Below are positions 17,979 through 27,797 of a stretch of 64,000 nt of DNA, one piece after another. The position numbers and the translations under genes are program-made. This DNA is from an uncultured Acidobacteriota bacterium. Its GTDB lineage: Bacteria; Acidobacteriota; Vicinamibacteria; Vicinamibacterales; 2-12-FULL-66-21. A model generated the notes under the pieces. That model saw only the letters and a program-made list of their open reading frames with translations, searched no databases and was not told where the DNA came from. The stretch spans positions 4,082-68,081 of the forward strand of contig CAWIKL010000003.1 in the NCBI GenBank assembly GCA_963836665.1. Reading direction: 5' to 3'. The first letter of the stretch is position 1. Each line of letters begins with the position of its first letter.

Positions 17979-19082
17979 TCATTTTTCCTGCATCTCCGCC
18001 GCCGTGTGACGCAGCGTCGTGAGCACGGTCTCGATCGCATCGTGTACGGCCGGCACGTGGTGGTAGCCGTACCACATGCTGTAGCCGATGGCGACGAGCC
18101 AGAAGAGGTTGCCGACCGGTGACATCCATAGCATCAGCCCGGGCGGTCCCGGATGCGCCGCCGCGCGGTGCGCCGCGATGAACGGCATCGCCACGACCTG
18201 ATAGAGCCCGATCACGATCACGAAGCCTGCCCAGAGCGGCACGCCGGCCGGCAGTGGCACCCCGAACACTGTCTGCGTCGACGCCAGCGAGAAGAGAGAG
18301 AACACCAGGGCCAGCGCCAGCGCCGCGTTGATCAGGCCGAAGACCGGCGCCGTCGCGGTTGTCCACACCCGTGAGGCGTGGGCCGCGCTTGCGTTCCAGG
18401 TGTACGGCGCCGTCGTGTAGAACCAGCGGCGCCTCCAGTCGCGCTGCTGCCTCCGCCACTGCCGCCGCCAGTCCTTGCTGTTCTTGAAGTCGGCGTAGTT
18501 GCGCTTGGCCTGGTCGATCAGCTCCTGCGCCGTGAACGGCCGGCCGCTCGCCGCGGCGCGCTCTTCGGAGGTCTCGGCGTAGGGAATGACGAACATCAGC
18601 ACGCCGTAGACGAGGAGCCACGCGCCTCTGGTCAGGACCGCCAGCACCACGAAGGCGATACGGACGAAAGTGACGTCGACGTTGATGTAGGCCGCCAGCC
18701 CCTGACAGAGGCCGCTGATCATGGCGCCTTCGCGGATCTGGTAAAGCCGCCGCGTCGCCCCCTTGGTGTCGGTCGCCTTCTCGCCGCCCGTGGCCGTGTC
18801 GCCCGCCGCGGCGGTGCCGTCCGCGTCGCCGGCATCGACCGGTCCCATCTCTGTGAGGATGCGATCGATCTCGCCGGCGGCCACGACCGTCTTGTTCGGC
18901 CCGAGCAGTCGATCGCACTTCTCGGCGATAGCCTGTTCGAGATCGGCGAGGATCTCGGCGCGATCCGGGTTGTCGGCGAGCCGCGTCGCGGCGCGATCGA
19001 GATAGGCGACGAGCGCGTCGTAGCCAGGTTCCTCGACGTGATACGCGCGGCCGTTCAGGTTGATGGCGACCACTTTCTGCAT
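17979..19082 (-). CDS. PspC-domain membrane protein
   Basis: RRLYQIREGAMISGLCQGLAAY PspC domain. Confidence 0.88.
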   Translation of the reverse strand: MQKVVAINLNGRAYHVEEPGYDALVAYLDRAATRLADNPDRAEILADLEQAIAEKCDRLLGPNKTVVAAGEIDRILTEMGPVDAGDADGTAAAGDTATGGEKATDTKGATRRLYQIREGAMISGLCQGLAAYINVDVTFVRIAFVVLAVLTRGAWLLVYGVLMFVIPYAETSEERAAASGRPFTAQELIDQAKRNYADFKNSKDWRRQWRRQQRDWRRRWFYTTAPYTWNASAAHASRVWTTATAPVFGLINAALALALVFSLFSLASTQTVFGVPLPAGVPLWAGFVIVIGLYQVVAMPFIAAHRAAAHPGPPGLMLWMSPVGNLFWLVAIGYSMWYGYHHVPAVHDAIETVLTTLRHTAAEMQEK

Positions 19083-19084
19083 GG

Positions 19085-19408
19085 CTAGCGCCCCATCTTG
19101 TTGAGCGTGGTGTTGATGTATTTCCAGTAGTCGTTGAGCTCGGCGAGCTGCGCGCGCCCCGCCGGCGTGAGACGGTAGTACTTGCGGGGCGGCCCGGCGT
19201 CCGACTCCTGCCACTCGTAATCGAGCAGGCCATCGCGGCGCATGCGGCTGAGGAGCGGATAGAGCGTCCCCTCCTGCGTGGCGAAGTCGGTGTCGGCCAG
19301 CCGCTGCAGCATGTCGGCGACGTAGACCTTGTCCGCCGAGACGATCTTCAGGATGAGGAACTCGAGCAGCCCCTTGCGAATCGCCGCGAACTTCTCGTTG
19401 GCGCCCAT
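19085..19408 (-). CDS. PadR family transcriptional regulator
   Basis: RKGLLE, EGTLYPLLSR, PPRKYY. Confidence 0.95.
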   Translation of the reverse strand: MGANEKFAAIRKGLLEFLILKIVSADKVYVADMLQRLADTDFATQEGTLYPLLSRMRRDGLLDYEWQESDAGPPRKYYRLTPAGRAQLAELNDYWKYINTTLNKMGR

Positions 19409-19418
19409 GGCAGTAACA

Positions 19419-19463
19419 GCTACCTGGTTATAAAAAGGTAGCAGGACCAGGACTGGAAGTCAA
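19419..19463 (-). promoter_or_regulatory. padR promoter with palindromic operator
   Basis: TTGACT-17-TACCTT; perfect inverted repeat GCTACCT-N10-AGGTAGC at 19419-19442. Confidence 0.7.
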
Positions 19464-19505
19464 CGCGCCTTCCTTCCTTCGTGTCTTCGCCCTGCTTCGT
19501 GAAAC

Positions 19506-19541
19506 AAAAAAGGCCGGAGTCTCTTTCGAGACCCCGGCCTT
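19506..19541 (-). terminator. Intrinsic terminator of TonB-like gene
   Basis: ggccggggtctc-GAAA-gagactccggcc followed by T6. Confidence 0.9.
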
Positions 19542-19564
19542 CCCCTCCCGAACGAACTAGTCGT

Positions 19565-22500
19565 CTACCAGCTCACTCGGATTCCGAAGCGGATCACGCG
19601 CGGCGCCACGACGGCGCTGATCTGATTCGCCGTAGTCGCGTTCTGCGACGGCCGCATGGCCTGGATGGTGTTGAAGTTCCCCAAGTTGAAGAGGTCCATC
19701 GACGGCACGAGATGCGACGTCATGAACTTGATCGGGCGCTCGACATGGATGTCGACATTCTGAAAATTCGGCAGGCGGTTCTCGCCTACCGGATCCAGGA
19801 GGACGTTGACCTGCCCGCCGTTGTTCGGGCGGTTCGGCGTCAGCACGGTGGCTTCGAACGGAAAGCCCTGGCGCGCGTTGTAGAACGCCGACAGGTTGAT
19901 GCCCAACGGCGCCTGATACATGCCGCTCGCCTTCAACAACCACCGCGTGTTCACGAACACATTGCCGAGGCCGCTGCCTGCGCTCGCGTAGTCGTACTGG
20001 AAGCCGTCGCGCAGCACGATGTTGGTCGGATCCTGGTACGCGTTGGTCGTGCCGTAGTGCTGCACCGCGCTGTTGTAGGTGAAGCTGGTGTTCATCATCC
20101 AGTGATTCGACATCCGCTTCTGCGCGCTCGCCTCGATGCCGTTGAAGTCGCGCCACAGGTTCTGGTTCGTCAACGTCGTCACAGAGCCGACGACGACGTT
20201 CGGCGTGTAGTAGCTAACGGTCGGGCACCTGGCGCCCGCCGGGCAGGTCGATGGATCCGGCGTGAACGTTGCGGCCGAGTAGGCCGAGCCGTCGGTCGGG
20301 ATACCGTTGGCCGGTGACCACGTAAAGTCGTCGTACTTCCGCCAGATGTAGCTGACGCCAGCCGCGAAGCCCTTGCCGAGCTGGTGATCGACGCCGACGA
20401 TGAACTCCTGCGTGCGGTCGTCCTTGAGATTCGGATCCACGGTGTTCTGCGTCGTGACGACAGTCGGGTTGTTCGGATCCCAGTTGCCGGTCGGCGTGAC
20501 CAGCGTGTCGGTCGGCACCGCCGCTCCGCCGGCCGCGTTGACCACTTCGTTGGCCTGCACGAACTTGTCGTGGTTGAAGTCGATCCAGCGGTAGCGCGAG
20601 CTGACGCGGCTCACCGGGTTGATCTGGCCCGCGATCGCGCCGGTGCCGACCTGGCCGTAGTAGATCGCATAGTTCACCTTCAGGATGCTGCGGCTGTCGC
20701 CCTTGAGGTCGTAGGTGAGCCCGAGTCGCGGCGAGAAGGTATTGAACGCAACGCCCGGATCAACGCCGGCAAAGCTCACCGCCGGCAGCCAGGTCGGATA
20801 GAGCGGATTGGCGCCCACGTTCGACGCGTTCGCGACGTCGTGGTTGTAGTCGTAGCGCAGGCCCAGCTGATAGGTGGCGCGGCCGTGGGTGATGGTGTCC
20901 TGCCCGTAGACCGAGTTGTTGGTCAGCGTGTACGAGGTCTGCCCGTCACGCGTCAGCTGCAGCTGGCAGCCGTCCGCGACCGTCGCGCAGTCATTGTCGC
21001 TCGTCGACATCGCCGCCGTCGGGAAACGCGCGACCGCGTTGCCGGGGGTGTGCGTCGATCCGTACGAGAGCGCGTTCTTGTAGTAGCCGCCGACCCTGAA
21101 CGCGTGATCGCCGAGAATCTTGCCCGGCAGGAAGTAGTTCGCGTTGAAGGAGATCTGGTTGGTCGGACGGATGTTCACCGACTGGGCGTTGTCGGGCGTC
21201 GAGCGGCCGTTGACGCTTGTGCTGATGATGAACAGCGGCTGCACGTCAGCCAGCGACGGGTCGTGGTAGTCGAGAATGAAGTTGTTGCCGACGTGCGCGT
21301 ACTGCACGTCGAGCAGCAGCCGGTCGCTGACTACCCACTGGTCGCCGAACTTGTAGGTCGGGTTCGGCCCGACGTCCCAGTAGTTCTTGAAGCCGTAGGT
21401 GTTGTTCACCTCGGTCTGGCGCACGGTCGACTCTGGCGGCGTCGTGTCGCTCGCGTTGCGGGCGTTGCGCTCCTTCAGCGAGAACAGATTGTAGAGCGAG
21501 AGCTTGTTGCCCTTGAACAGCTCTACTTCACCCTTCAGGTTGGTGGTCCCGATCGTTGTCTGGTCCGTGTTCAGGCAGTTGTTGACGTCCTGGATCGGGT
21601 GCGCCAGCGGGTTGTTGGCCTGGTCGGACTTGATCTGCTGGCACGCCGGCGTCGGCTGATAGAAGTTGATGACGCCGACCTTGACATCCTGTTTGCCGTA
21701 GCTGCCCCAGATCCACGCCTTTCCTTGCTTGATCGGTCCACCCATCTCGAAACCGTAGTCGTTGATGTTCTGGATCGGGTTGCCGGAGCTCGCGCCGTTC
21801 TGCCGCATCGCGTCGGTGATGTTGTTCGCCTCGAACGCGTCGTTGGTGTTGAAGATGCGCCCCGATCCCTTGAACCTGTCGGTGCCACTCTTGGTCACCA
21901 GGTTCACGCCCACGCCGCCGGTCTGCTGCGTCACGTCGACGCCGCCGGTGTTGACGGTCATTTCCTGGAAGGCGTCGAAGTCGTAGTAGGTCGGCGACGC
22001 GCCGGTCGCGGCCATGTCGGTGATGTCGACGCCGTCGAGCGACCACTTGGTGTTGGTCGGGTTGCCGCCGCGCGAGACAAAGTTGGACTGCTGGCCCGAC
22101 ATGTTGCCGCCGATGTTCTCGCGGTCCATGGCGATGCCAGCCGTCTGTTGCAGGATGACCCACGGGTCACGTGCCGACGGAATGTTCTGCAGCTGATCGA
22201 GCGTGAAGGTCTGCTTCGTGCCCGTGTTACGCGTGTCGATGATCGGGCTCTCGCCGGTCACCGTCACCGTCTCCTGCACGGCAGAGACTCCGAGCTGCAT
22301 GCTGACGTTGGCGGAGAAGCCAACGGTGACAATGATTCCTTCCCTGACGACGGTCTTGAAGCCGGAGAGCTCGAACTTCACGGTATAAGTGCCGACCTCG
22401 AGACGCGGGAACTGGAAGCTTCCCGTCTCGCTGGTGATAGCGGTCTGCGGTTGGAGCAGTGACGGACCTGTCAACGTCACGGTGGCGCCCGGCAGCACTG

Positions 22501-22618
22501 CGCCGGACGAATCGGTGACCTTGCCGAAGATGTCGCCCGTCTGCGACTGTGCCCACGCCGACGACGCGCCCAGTACGAGCACGAGCGCCGCCAACAGGGC
22601 GGTAAAACGCGATTTCAT
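19565..22618 (-). CDS. Oar-like TonB-dependent receptor-type outer-membrane barrel with N-terminal carboxypeptidase-regulatory-like domain
   Basis: Signal peptide, GKVTDSSGAVLPGATV, plug region, C-terminal PRVIRFGIRVSW. Confidence 0.9.
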   Translation of the reverse strand: MKSRFTALLAALVLVLGASSAWAQSQTGDIFGKVTDSSGAVLPGATVTLTGPSLLQPQTAITSETGSFQFPRLEVGTYTVKFELSGFKTVVREGIIVTVGFSANVSMQLGVSAVQETVTVTGESPIIDTRNTGTKQTFTLDQLQNIPSARDPWVILQQTAGIAMDRENIGGNMSGQQSNFVSRGGNPTNTKWSLDGVDITDMAATGASPTYYDFDAFQEMTVNTGGVDVTQQTGGVGVNLVTKSGTDRFKGSGRIFNTNDAFEANNITDAMRQNGASSGNPIQNINDYGFEMGGPIKQGKAWIWGSYGKQDVKVGVINFYQPTPACQQIKSDQANNPLAHPIQDVNNCLNTDQTTIGTTNLKGEVELFKGNKLSLYNLFSLKERNARNASDTTPPESTVRQTEVNNTYGFKNYWDVGPNPTYKFGDQWVVSDRLLLDVQYAHVGNNFILDYHDPSLADVQPLFIISTSVNGRSTPDNAQSVNIRPTNQISFNANYFLPGKILGDHAFRVGGYYKNALSYGSTHTPGNAVARFPTAAMSTSDNDCATVADGCQLQLTRDGQTSYTLTNNSVYGQDTITHGRATYQLGLRYDYNHDVANASNVGANPLYPTWLPAVSFAGVDPGVAFNTFSPRLGLTYDLKGDSRSILKVNYAIYYGQVGTGAIAGQINPVSRVSSRYRWIDFNHDKFVQANEVVNAAGGAAVPTDTLVTPTGNWDPNNPTVVTTQNTVDPNLKDDRTQEFIVGVDHQLGKGFAAGVSYIWRKYDDFTWSPANGIPTDGSAYSAATFTPDPSTCPAGARCPTVSYYTPNVVVGSVTTLTNQNLWRDFNGIEASAQKRMSNHWMMNTSFTYNSAVQHYGTTNAYQDPTNIVLRDGFQYDYASAGSGLGNVFVNTRWLLKASGMYQAPLGINLSAFYNARQGFPFEATVLTPNRPNNGGQVNVLLDPVGENRLPNFQNVDIHVERPIKFMTSHLVPSMDLFNLGNFNTIQAMRPSQNATTANQISAVVAPRVIRFGIRVSW

Positions 22619-22670
22619 TTTTTTCTGGCCTCCACGAAAAGAAAACGATGCGAACGTTCGTGAAGGAAAG

Positions 22671-22686
22671 AGCAGGACGGGTGCCA
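22671..22686 (-). promoter_or_regulatory. sigma54 (-24/-12) promoter
   Basis: TGGCACCCGTCCTGCT versus consensus TGGCAC-N5-TTGCW. Confidence 0.75.
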
Positions 22687-22881
22687 AACTCGAACGGTGT
22701 CCGCGCATCGTGTCGAACGGTGTGACGAGTACTTAAGTGTGTGTGGACAAACGACTTGTTAGATCGTTCGCTGTCGCAGATTTGTCACGAATTCGCGCAG
22801 TGTTCGTTACAGATTCAAGCACTTGGATTGAACATCCAAGCCGGCTTCTCTACGCGCGAAACGCTACAGCTTGCAGGCGGA

Positions 22882-23784
22882 TCAGTTGAAGCTCGCAACT
22901 CGACGCCGCAGCGTCTTCACGTGCTCCCAGATCTGCGCCGACTCCGACGCCGGCGCGTCTTCTCCTTCTTCGTGTTCGTGCTCCTCCGCCGCATCCGGGT
23001 GTGGCATCAGGCGCAGGTAGGCTTCGAGATCGCGCAGCGCCGATGCGAAGTCTTCCATGTGATACGCGAGCAGCCCGCGATCGCGCAGCTCGGAGAGCGC
23101 CGACGGATCGACGGCGAGCAGGAGATTGGCGACCGCCCGCGCCTGCGGGAAGGACTGCATGCGCACGTAGAGCCGCTTCAGGTTGACCAGCATCCGCACC
23201 ACGATGTGCTGGCGTGTCGCCGTCGCCAGCAGCGCGCGATCGAACGCCGTCTCGTCGCCGACATACTCACGCAGCAAGTGACGGCAATCGATCTCGGACA
23301 GCAACGCGCCGCCGTGGAACGGATCGACGATGAGATCCTCCGCGGCATCGGGGGCGCGCACCAGGAAGTGGCCGGGGAAGTTGACCCCGTCGAGCGTGAG
23401 TCCGCCGCGGCGGCCGATCTCCAGGTAGACGGCGGCCAGCGAGATCGGGATGCCGAGCCGCCGATCGAGAACCTCGTTGAGGAAGCTGTTGCGCGGATCG
23501 TCGTAGCGCTCGGCGTTGCCGCTGAAGCCGAGCTCTTCGAAGAGATAGGCGTTGAGCGTGGCGATCTGCGCCGCGAGGCCCGCGTGGGCCTGGCGCTGCA
23601 GTCGTCCCTCCGCCGCCTCCCCCATCCGTTCGAGCCGCTGCAGGTACGGCCCCGGGTCGATCGACGGGTACTCGACGCGCGCAATCGCCAGCGCCGCCGG
23701 CGCCAACGACTCCCCCGGCTCGTTCAGCGCGCGCAGGAGGTCGTCCGTGATGTGCGGCAGACGCGCAGCAAGGGGAAGAGGCAC
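22882..23784 (-). CDS. SirB1/transglutaminase-like + TPR protein
   Basis: NSFLNEVLDRRLGIPISL, GVNFPGHFL, RDRGLL. Confidence 0.9.
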   Translation of the reverse strand: MPLPLAARLPHITDDLLRALNEPGESLAPAALAIARVEYPSIDPGPYLQRLERMGEAAEGRLQRQAHAGLAAQIATLNAYLFEELGFSGNAERYDDPRNSFLNEVLDRRLGIPISLAAVYLEIGRRGGLTLDGVNFPGHFLVRAPDAAEDLIVDPFHGGALLSEIDCRHLLREYVGDETAFDRALLATATRQHIVVRMLVNLKRLYVRMQSFPQARAVANLLLAVDPSALSELRDRGLLAYHMEDFASALRDLEAYLRLMPHPDAAEEHEHEEGEDAPASESAQIWEHVKTLRRRVASFN

Positions 23785-23857
23785 GGCCCGATTGTAGCGC
23801 GGTCGCATTGGAGAATGTATCGGCGCGAGCGCGACCCTCGCGCAGGCCGGGGGACGC

Positions 23858-24529
23858 TTACAACTGCGCGACGAACTCGCGCGTCAGCTCCGCCAGGGAA
23901 TCCACGACACGATCCGAGGCGGCGGTCAGCGCCGCGCGCGGGTAGGTATGGGTCACGGCGATCGTGCGCATGCCAGCCGCGCGGGCCGATTCGAGGCCCC
24001 AGCGCGAGTCCTCGATCGCGACGCACGCCGACGGCGCCACGCCGTGCAGCGCGGCAGCGCGCAGGTAGGGATCGGGCGCCGGCTTTGTGCGCTCTGTGTC
24101 GCCGGCAGCGACGATGAATCGGAACAGCTCGCCGACTCGGGCGCCGCGCAGTATCAGATCGATGTCGGCGCGGAGCGCCCCCGACGCCACCCCCACGGGC
24201 CACGCGGCCGCCAGCCGCCGCACGCAGTCAGCGGCACCGGGATAGAGCACGTCGCGGCTGCCGACCAGCGATTCGAACACGCGTCCCTTCTCCACGACGA
24301 GCAGTTCGATCTCCTCGTCGCCGAGCAGCAGCCTGTTGTCCTCGGCCATCTTCCTGAGCGCCCCCTCGTCGTCGTAGCCCAGATAGCGCTCGCAGTACGT
24401 GTCCTTGTCGAGGTGAATCCCCTGCGGTGCCAGGAGCGCCTGGTAGGCCTGGAGGTGGAGCGGCTCGGAATCCGCGAGCACGCCGTCGAAGTCGAAGACT
24501 ACTGCCTGGACTGCACTCACGGCTGACAC
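23858..24529 (-). CDS. HAD family phosphatase
   Basis: FDFDGVLADSE, KPAPDPY, IEDS. Confidence 0.93.
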   Translation of the reverse strand: MSAVSAVQAVVFDFDGVLADSEPLHLQAYQALLAPQGIHLDKDTYCERYLGYDDEGALRKMAEDNRLLLGDEEIELLVVEKGRVFESLVGSRDVLYPGAADCVRRLAAAWPVGVASGALRADIDLILRGARVGELFRFIVAAGDTERTKPAPDPYLRAAALHGVAPSACVAIEDSRWGLESARAAGMRTIAVTHTYPRAALTAASDRVVDSLAELTREFVAQL

Positions 24530-24577
24530 GCCTCTAAAGGTCCGGCGACAAAGGCCACGAAGATGACAGAGACCGGT

Positions 24578-25180
24578 TCAGTGGCGAACGCTTCCCAGTT
24601 TTTCACCAGCGCGGATCGGCACTTTGAGGCGGCTCTCCGGTGGAGGATAGGGACAGTCGTACGACGAGTTGTAGAGGCAGAACGGGTGGAAGGCGCGGTT
24701 GAAATCGAGATCGTAGACGCCGGTCGCGGTGCGATCCAGTTCCAGGTAGCGGCCGCCGTTGTAGGTTTCCAGGCCGTTGGTGAGATCGCCGAACGGCACG
24801 AACAGCCGTTGCAGATCGGTCTGGTTTGCCTCGACGAATGCGCCGAGCGACAACTGCTGGGCATTGACGGTGAACCCGAGCATGCCGACGCGGCGCATCT
24901 GCCGGTGCTGTCCGGTCGAGGTCAGCATCTCGATCGCCGCACCGCTGGTGTCAGTGTGCAACATCGCCGGCACCCGATACGCCGGGTCGGTCGGGAAATA
25001 GGTCAACGGCGGGAATGCCGCGCGCGCGGCGGCCGGCACAGGCGAGTCGGACGACTCACGCATGAAACGATCCTTCTCGGCGTGCCAGGCGGCAATCTGA
25101 TCCGGGTAGGGGGGTGGCTCAGACGAGCAACCGAGCGCGAGCGCCAACACCATTGCGCACGCACCGGCGGAACGCGTCAT
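24578..25180 (-). CDS. DUF1684 family lipoprotein
   Basis: DLTNGLETYNGGRYL, DFNRAFHPFC..CP. Confidence 0.88.
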   Translation of the reverse strand: MTRSAGACAMVLALALGCSSEPPPYPDQIAAWHAEKDRFMRESSDSPVPAAARAAFPPLTYFPTDPAYRVPAMLHTDTSGAAIEMLTSTGQHRQMRRVGMLGFTVNAQQLSLGAFVEANQTDLQRLFVPFGDLTNGLETYNGGRYLELDRTATGVYDLDFNRAFHPFCLYNSSYDCPYPPPESRLKVPIRAGEKLGSVRH

Positions 25181-26625
25181 GGCGTCGTCCAGCCGCCGCC
25201 GAGCGCCTTGATCAGGAGCACGCTGGTCGTGATGCGGCGCGACTGCACCGAGAGCGCCGCCCGCTGGTTGTTGAGCGTCGCGCTCTGCGCCGCGATGACC
25301 TCGAGATACGTCGCGACCCCACCCCGGTAGCGGTTCGTCGCCAGCGTCAGCGACCGCTCCGCCGCCGCGACCGCGGCTGCCTGTACGTCCGCCTCTTCGC
25401 GCAGCACGCGCAGCGCCGCCAGGCTGTCCTCGACGTCCTGCAGGGATCGCAGGATCGTGTCCTGGTAGTCGGCCACCGACTCGTCGAAAGCGGCCATCGC
25501 CTGGTCGCTGACGGCGTGGCGGCGTCCCGCGTCGAAGAGCGTGATCACGGCTGCGGGACCGGCCGACCAGAACGTACTCAGCCCCGACACCCAGCTGAGA
25601 AGCGACCGGCTCTCCAGGCCGGCGGCTGCCGTCAGCGCCAGGCGCGGAAAGAACGCGGCATTGGCGGCACCGACGTTGGCGCTGGCGGCGGCGACCCGGC
25701 GCTCGGCGGCGGCGATGTCGGGCCGGCGCTCGAGTACGTCCGACGGGATGCCGGCGGGAATCTCAGGAGGGAGTGCCGTCAGCGGAGACGGCGCCAAGGT
25801 GAGCCTGGCCGGCGCATCGCCGACCAGCACGGCGATCGCGTGCTCGAGTGCGGCGCGCTGGGCGGCGGTGTCAACCGCCTGCGCACGTGTCGATTCGAGC
25901 TGCGTTTCGGCAAGCGCGACGTCGACAGCCGAGGCGATGCCGCCCGCAAAGCGGTTGCGCGTCAAATCCAACGCCCGCTGAAACGCCGCGACCGAGTCAT
26001 TGAGCAGCGCCTGCTCGGCGTCGAGCGTGCGCAGCTCGAAGTAGTCGAGCGCCAGCTCGGCATGCAGCGAGAGGCGGACGAATTCCACGTCGGCGGCGCT
26101 CGCCTGGGCGGTCGCCTGCGCCGCGAGCACGGTCTGGCGTACACGTCCCCACAGATCGACCTCGTAGGAGAAGTCCACCGGCAGCAGGAAGTCACTCGTG
26201 TTGGTGTGAACGGTCGCGTTCGGCCGGTTGCCGGACTGCGTGCCGGCGGTGATCGACGGCGTGGCGGTGACCAGCGGGTACTTCGCCGCGCCGGCGATCG
26301 CTACCGCGGCGCGCGCCTGCGCGAAGCGCGCCTGCTGCGCTCTGAGCGTCTGGTTCGAAACGTCGATCCGCGCCTCGAGCGCGTCGAGCTGTGGTTCCTT
26401 GAAGACCTGCCACCATGCGCCGCGCGCGATCTGGTCAGCCGGCTGCGCCGACTTCCAGTCGGCGTTCTCCTTGAAGGCCGGCGGCAGCGGTTCGAGTTTC
26501 GGCGGCTCCGGCGTCTTGGCCGTGCAGCTTCCGGCACACAACGCGGCCGCGACGATCAGCGTCCAGGCTCGTTCACCGAAGCGGTCAGGGAACAAGGCGC
26601 GGGGGGCAACGCGAAGGTGAATCAC
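25177..26625 (-). CDS. RND efflux outer-membrane factor (NodT family)
   Basis: YEVDLWGRVR, LERRPDIAAAER, KALGGGW. Confidence 0.93.
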   Translation of the reverse strand: MIHLRVAPRALFPDRFGERAWTLIVAAALCAGSCTAKTPEPPKLEPLPPAFKENADWKSAQPADQIARGAWWQVFKEPQLDALEARIDVSNQTLRAQQARFAQARAAVAIAGAAKYPLVTATPSITAGTQSGNRPNATVHTNTSDFLLPVDFSYEVDLWGRVRQTVLAAQATAQASAADVEFVRLSLHAELALDYFELRTLDAEQALLNDSVAAFQRALDLTRNRFAGGIASAVDVALAETQLESTRAQAVDTAAQRAALEHAIAVLVGDAPARLTLAPSPLTALPPEIPAGIPSDVLERRPDIAAAERRVAAASANVGAANAAFFPRLALTAAAGLESRSLLSWVSGLSTFWSAGPAAVITLFDAGRRHAVSDQAMAAFDESVADYQDTILRSLQDVEDSLAALRVLREEADVQAAAVAAAERSLTLATNRYRGGVATYLEVIAAQSATLNNQRAALSVQSRRITTSVLLIKALGGGWTTP

Positions 26626-27797
26626 GGCTGCTGCGGCTTTTTCGCCTCGGGCGCCGCCACCGCGACCGACTGGCCGTCGGCGAGCGAATCGGGTGGATTG
26701 ACGACGATCGCTTCGCCCCCCTTGAGCCCTGCGACGACTTCGATCGTCGTGCCGAAGTCGCGCCCGATCGTCACCGGCACGAGCGAGACGACGCCGCTCT
26801 TGACCACCGCCAGGCGCATGCCCTCGGAACGGAAGATCATCGCGTTCACCGGCACGCGGAAGGTGGTCGCGTCGGTGGGCAGCTTGAGATGGACCTGCGC
26901 GAACGAGCCCGGCAGGATCTCGCCGCGCGGATTGTCGAGATCGATCTCGGTCAGCAGGGTGCGGCTGTTGACGTCGATCGACTGCGCCGTGCGCGCCATC
27001 TTGCCCTTGAAGACGCGCCCGGGCAGGTTCTGGATCTCGATGTCGGCCTCGGTGCCGATGCGAATCGCCGAGGTGTAGGTCTGCGGCACGTTGACGAAGA
27101 TGCGCAGCCGATCCACGGCAGCGATGTGGAACAACTCCTTGGCGGTGGCGCCGCCGCCGATCAGCGCCCCGATGTCGGTATTGCGCGCGGTGATCACGCC
27201 GTCGAACGGCGCGTAGACGACGCGGAACTTCTGCATCGCCTCCAGCCGCTTGACGTTGGCGTCGGCCGACAGCACCGCCGCCTGCTTCGCCTCGTAGCTC
27301 CCCTGCGCATTGTCGAGATCCTGCCGCGACACCGAGTCGCTCTTCATCAGGTCCTCGTAGCGGTCGGCCGTCGTCTTCGCCAGCTTGGCGTTGGCCTGCG
27401 CGCTGACCAGATCTGCGCGCGCCTGGAGCAGCTGCTGGTCGATTTCCGGCGTGTCGATCTCGGCCAGCATCTGTCCAGCCTTCACGCGCGAGCCGATGTC
27501 GGCGTGCCGGGCTTTCAAGTAGCCCGACGTGCGCGCGAAGATGGCCGCATCGGTGAACGGCTGGATGTTCCCCGGCAGCGTGACCTCTTCGGCTGCCGAG
27601 GCCTTGCTCGGGTGCGTCACCGCGACGGTGACCACCGCCATGTCGCGCGTTTCCTTGCCGAGGTCGGCGAGCGCCTTGACGCGCGAGTTGATGCCCCACG
27701 CCGCCGACATCACCGCTGCGGCTACGATCAGGACGACGGCAATCAGTGCCCCGCGCGACGAGCGGCGGGCCACGGTCTCGGGCGCAGCCGCGCTCAC
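26622..27797 (-). CDS. RND efflux periplasmic adaptor
   Basis: IFARTSGYL, APFDGVIT. Confidence 0.92.
   Translation of the reverse strand: MSAAAPETVARRSSRGALIAVVLIVAAAVMSAAWGINSRVKALADLGKETRDMAVVTVAVTHPSKASAAEEVTLPGNIQPFTDAAIFARTSGYLKARHADIGSRVKAGQMLAEIDTPEIDQQLLQARADLVSAQANAKLAKTTADRYEDLMKSDSVSRQDLDNAQGSYEAKQAAVLSADANVKRLEAMQKFRVVYAPFDGVITARNTDIGALIGGGATAKELFHIAAVDRLRIFVNVPQTYTSAIRIGTEADIEIQNLPGRVFKGKMARTAQSIDVNSRTLLTEIDLDNPRGEILPGSFAQVHLKLPTDATTFRVPVNAMIFRSEGMRLAVVKSGVVSLVPVTIGRDFGTTIEVVAGLKGGEAIVVNPPDSLADGQSVAVAAPEAKKPQQP

Noticed and set aside
20384-22462. Long antisense ORF (also 181-1845, 25114-27078, 47116-49275 and others)
   Set aside because: Shadow ORFs opposite well-supported genes, expected in high-GC DNA; no recognisable motifs
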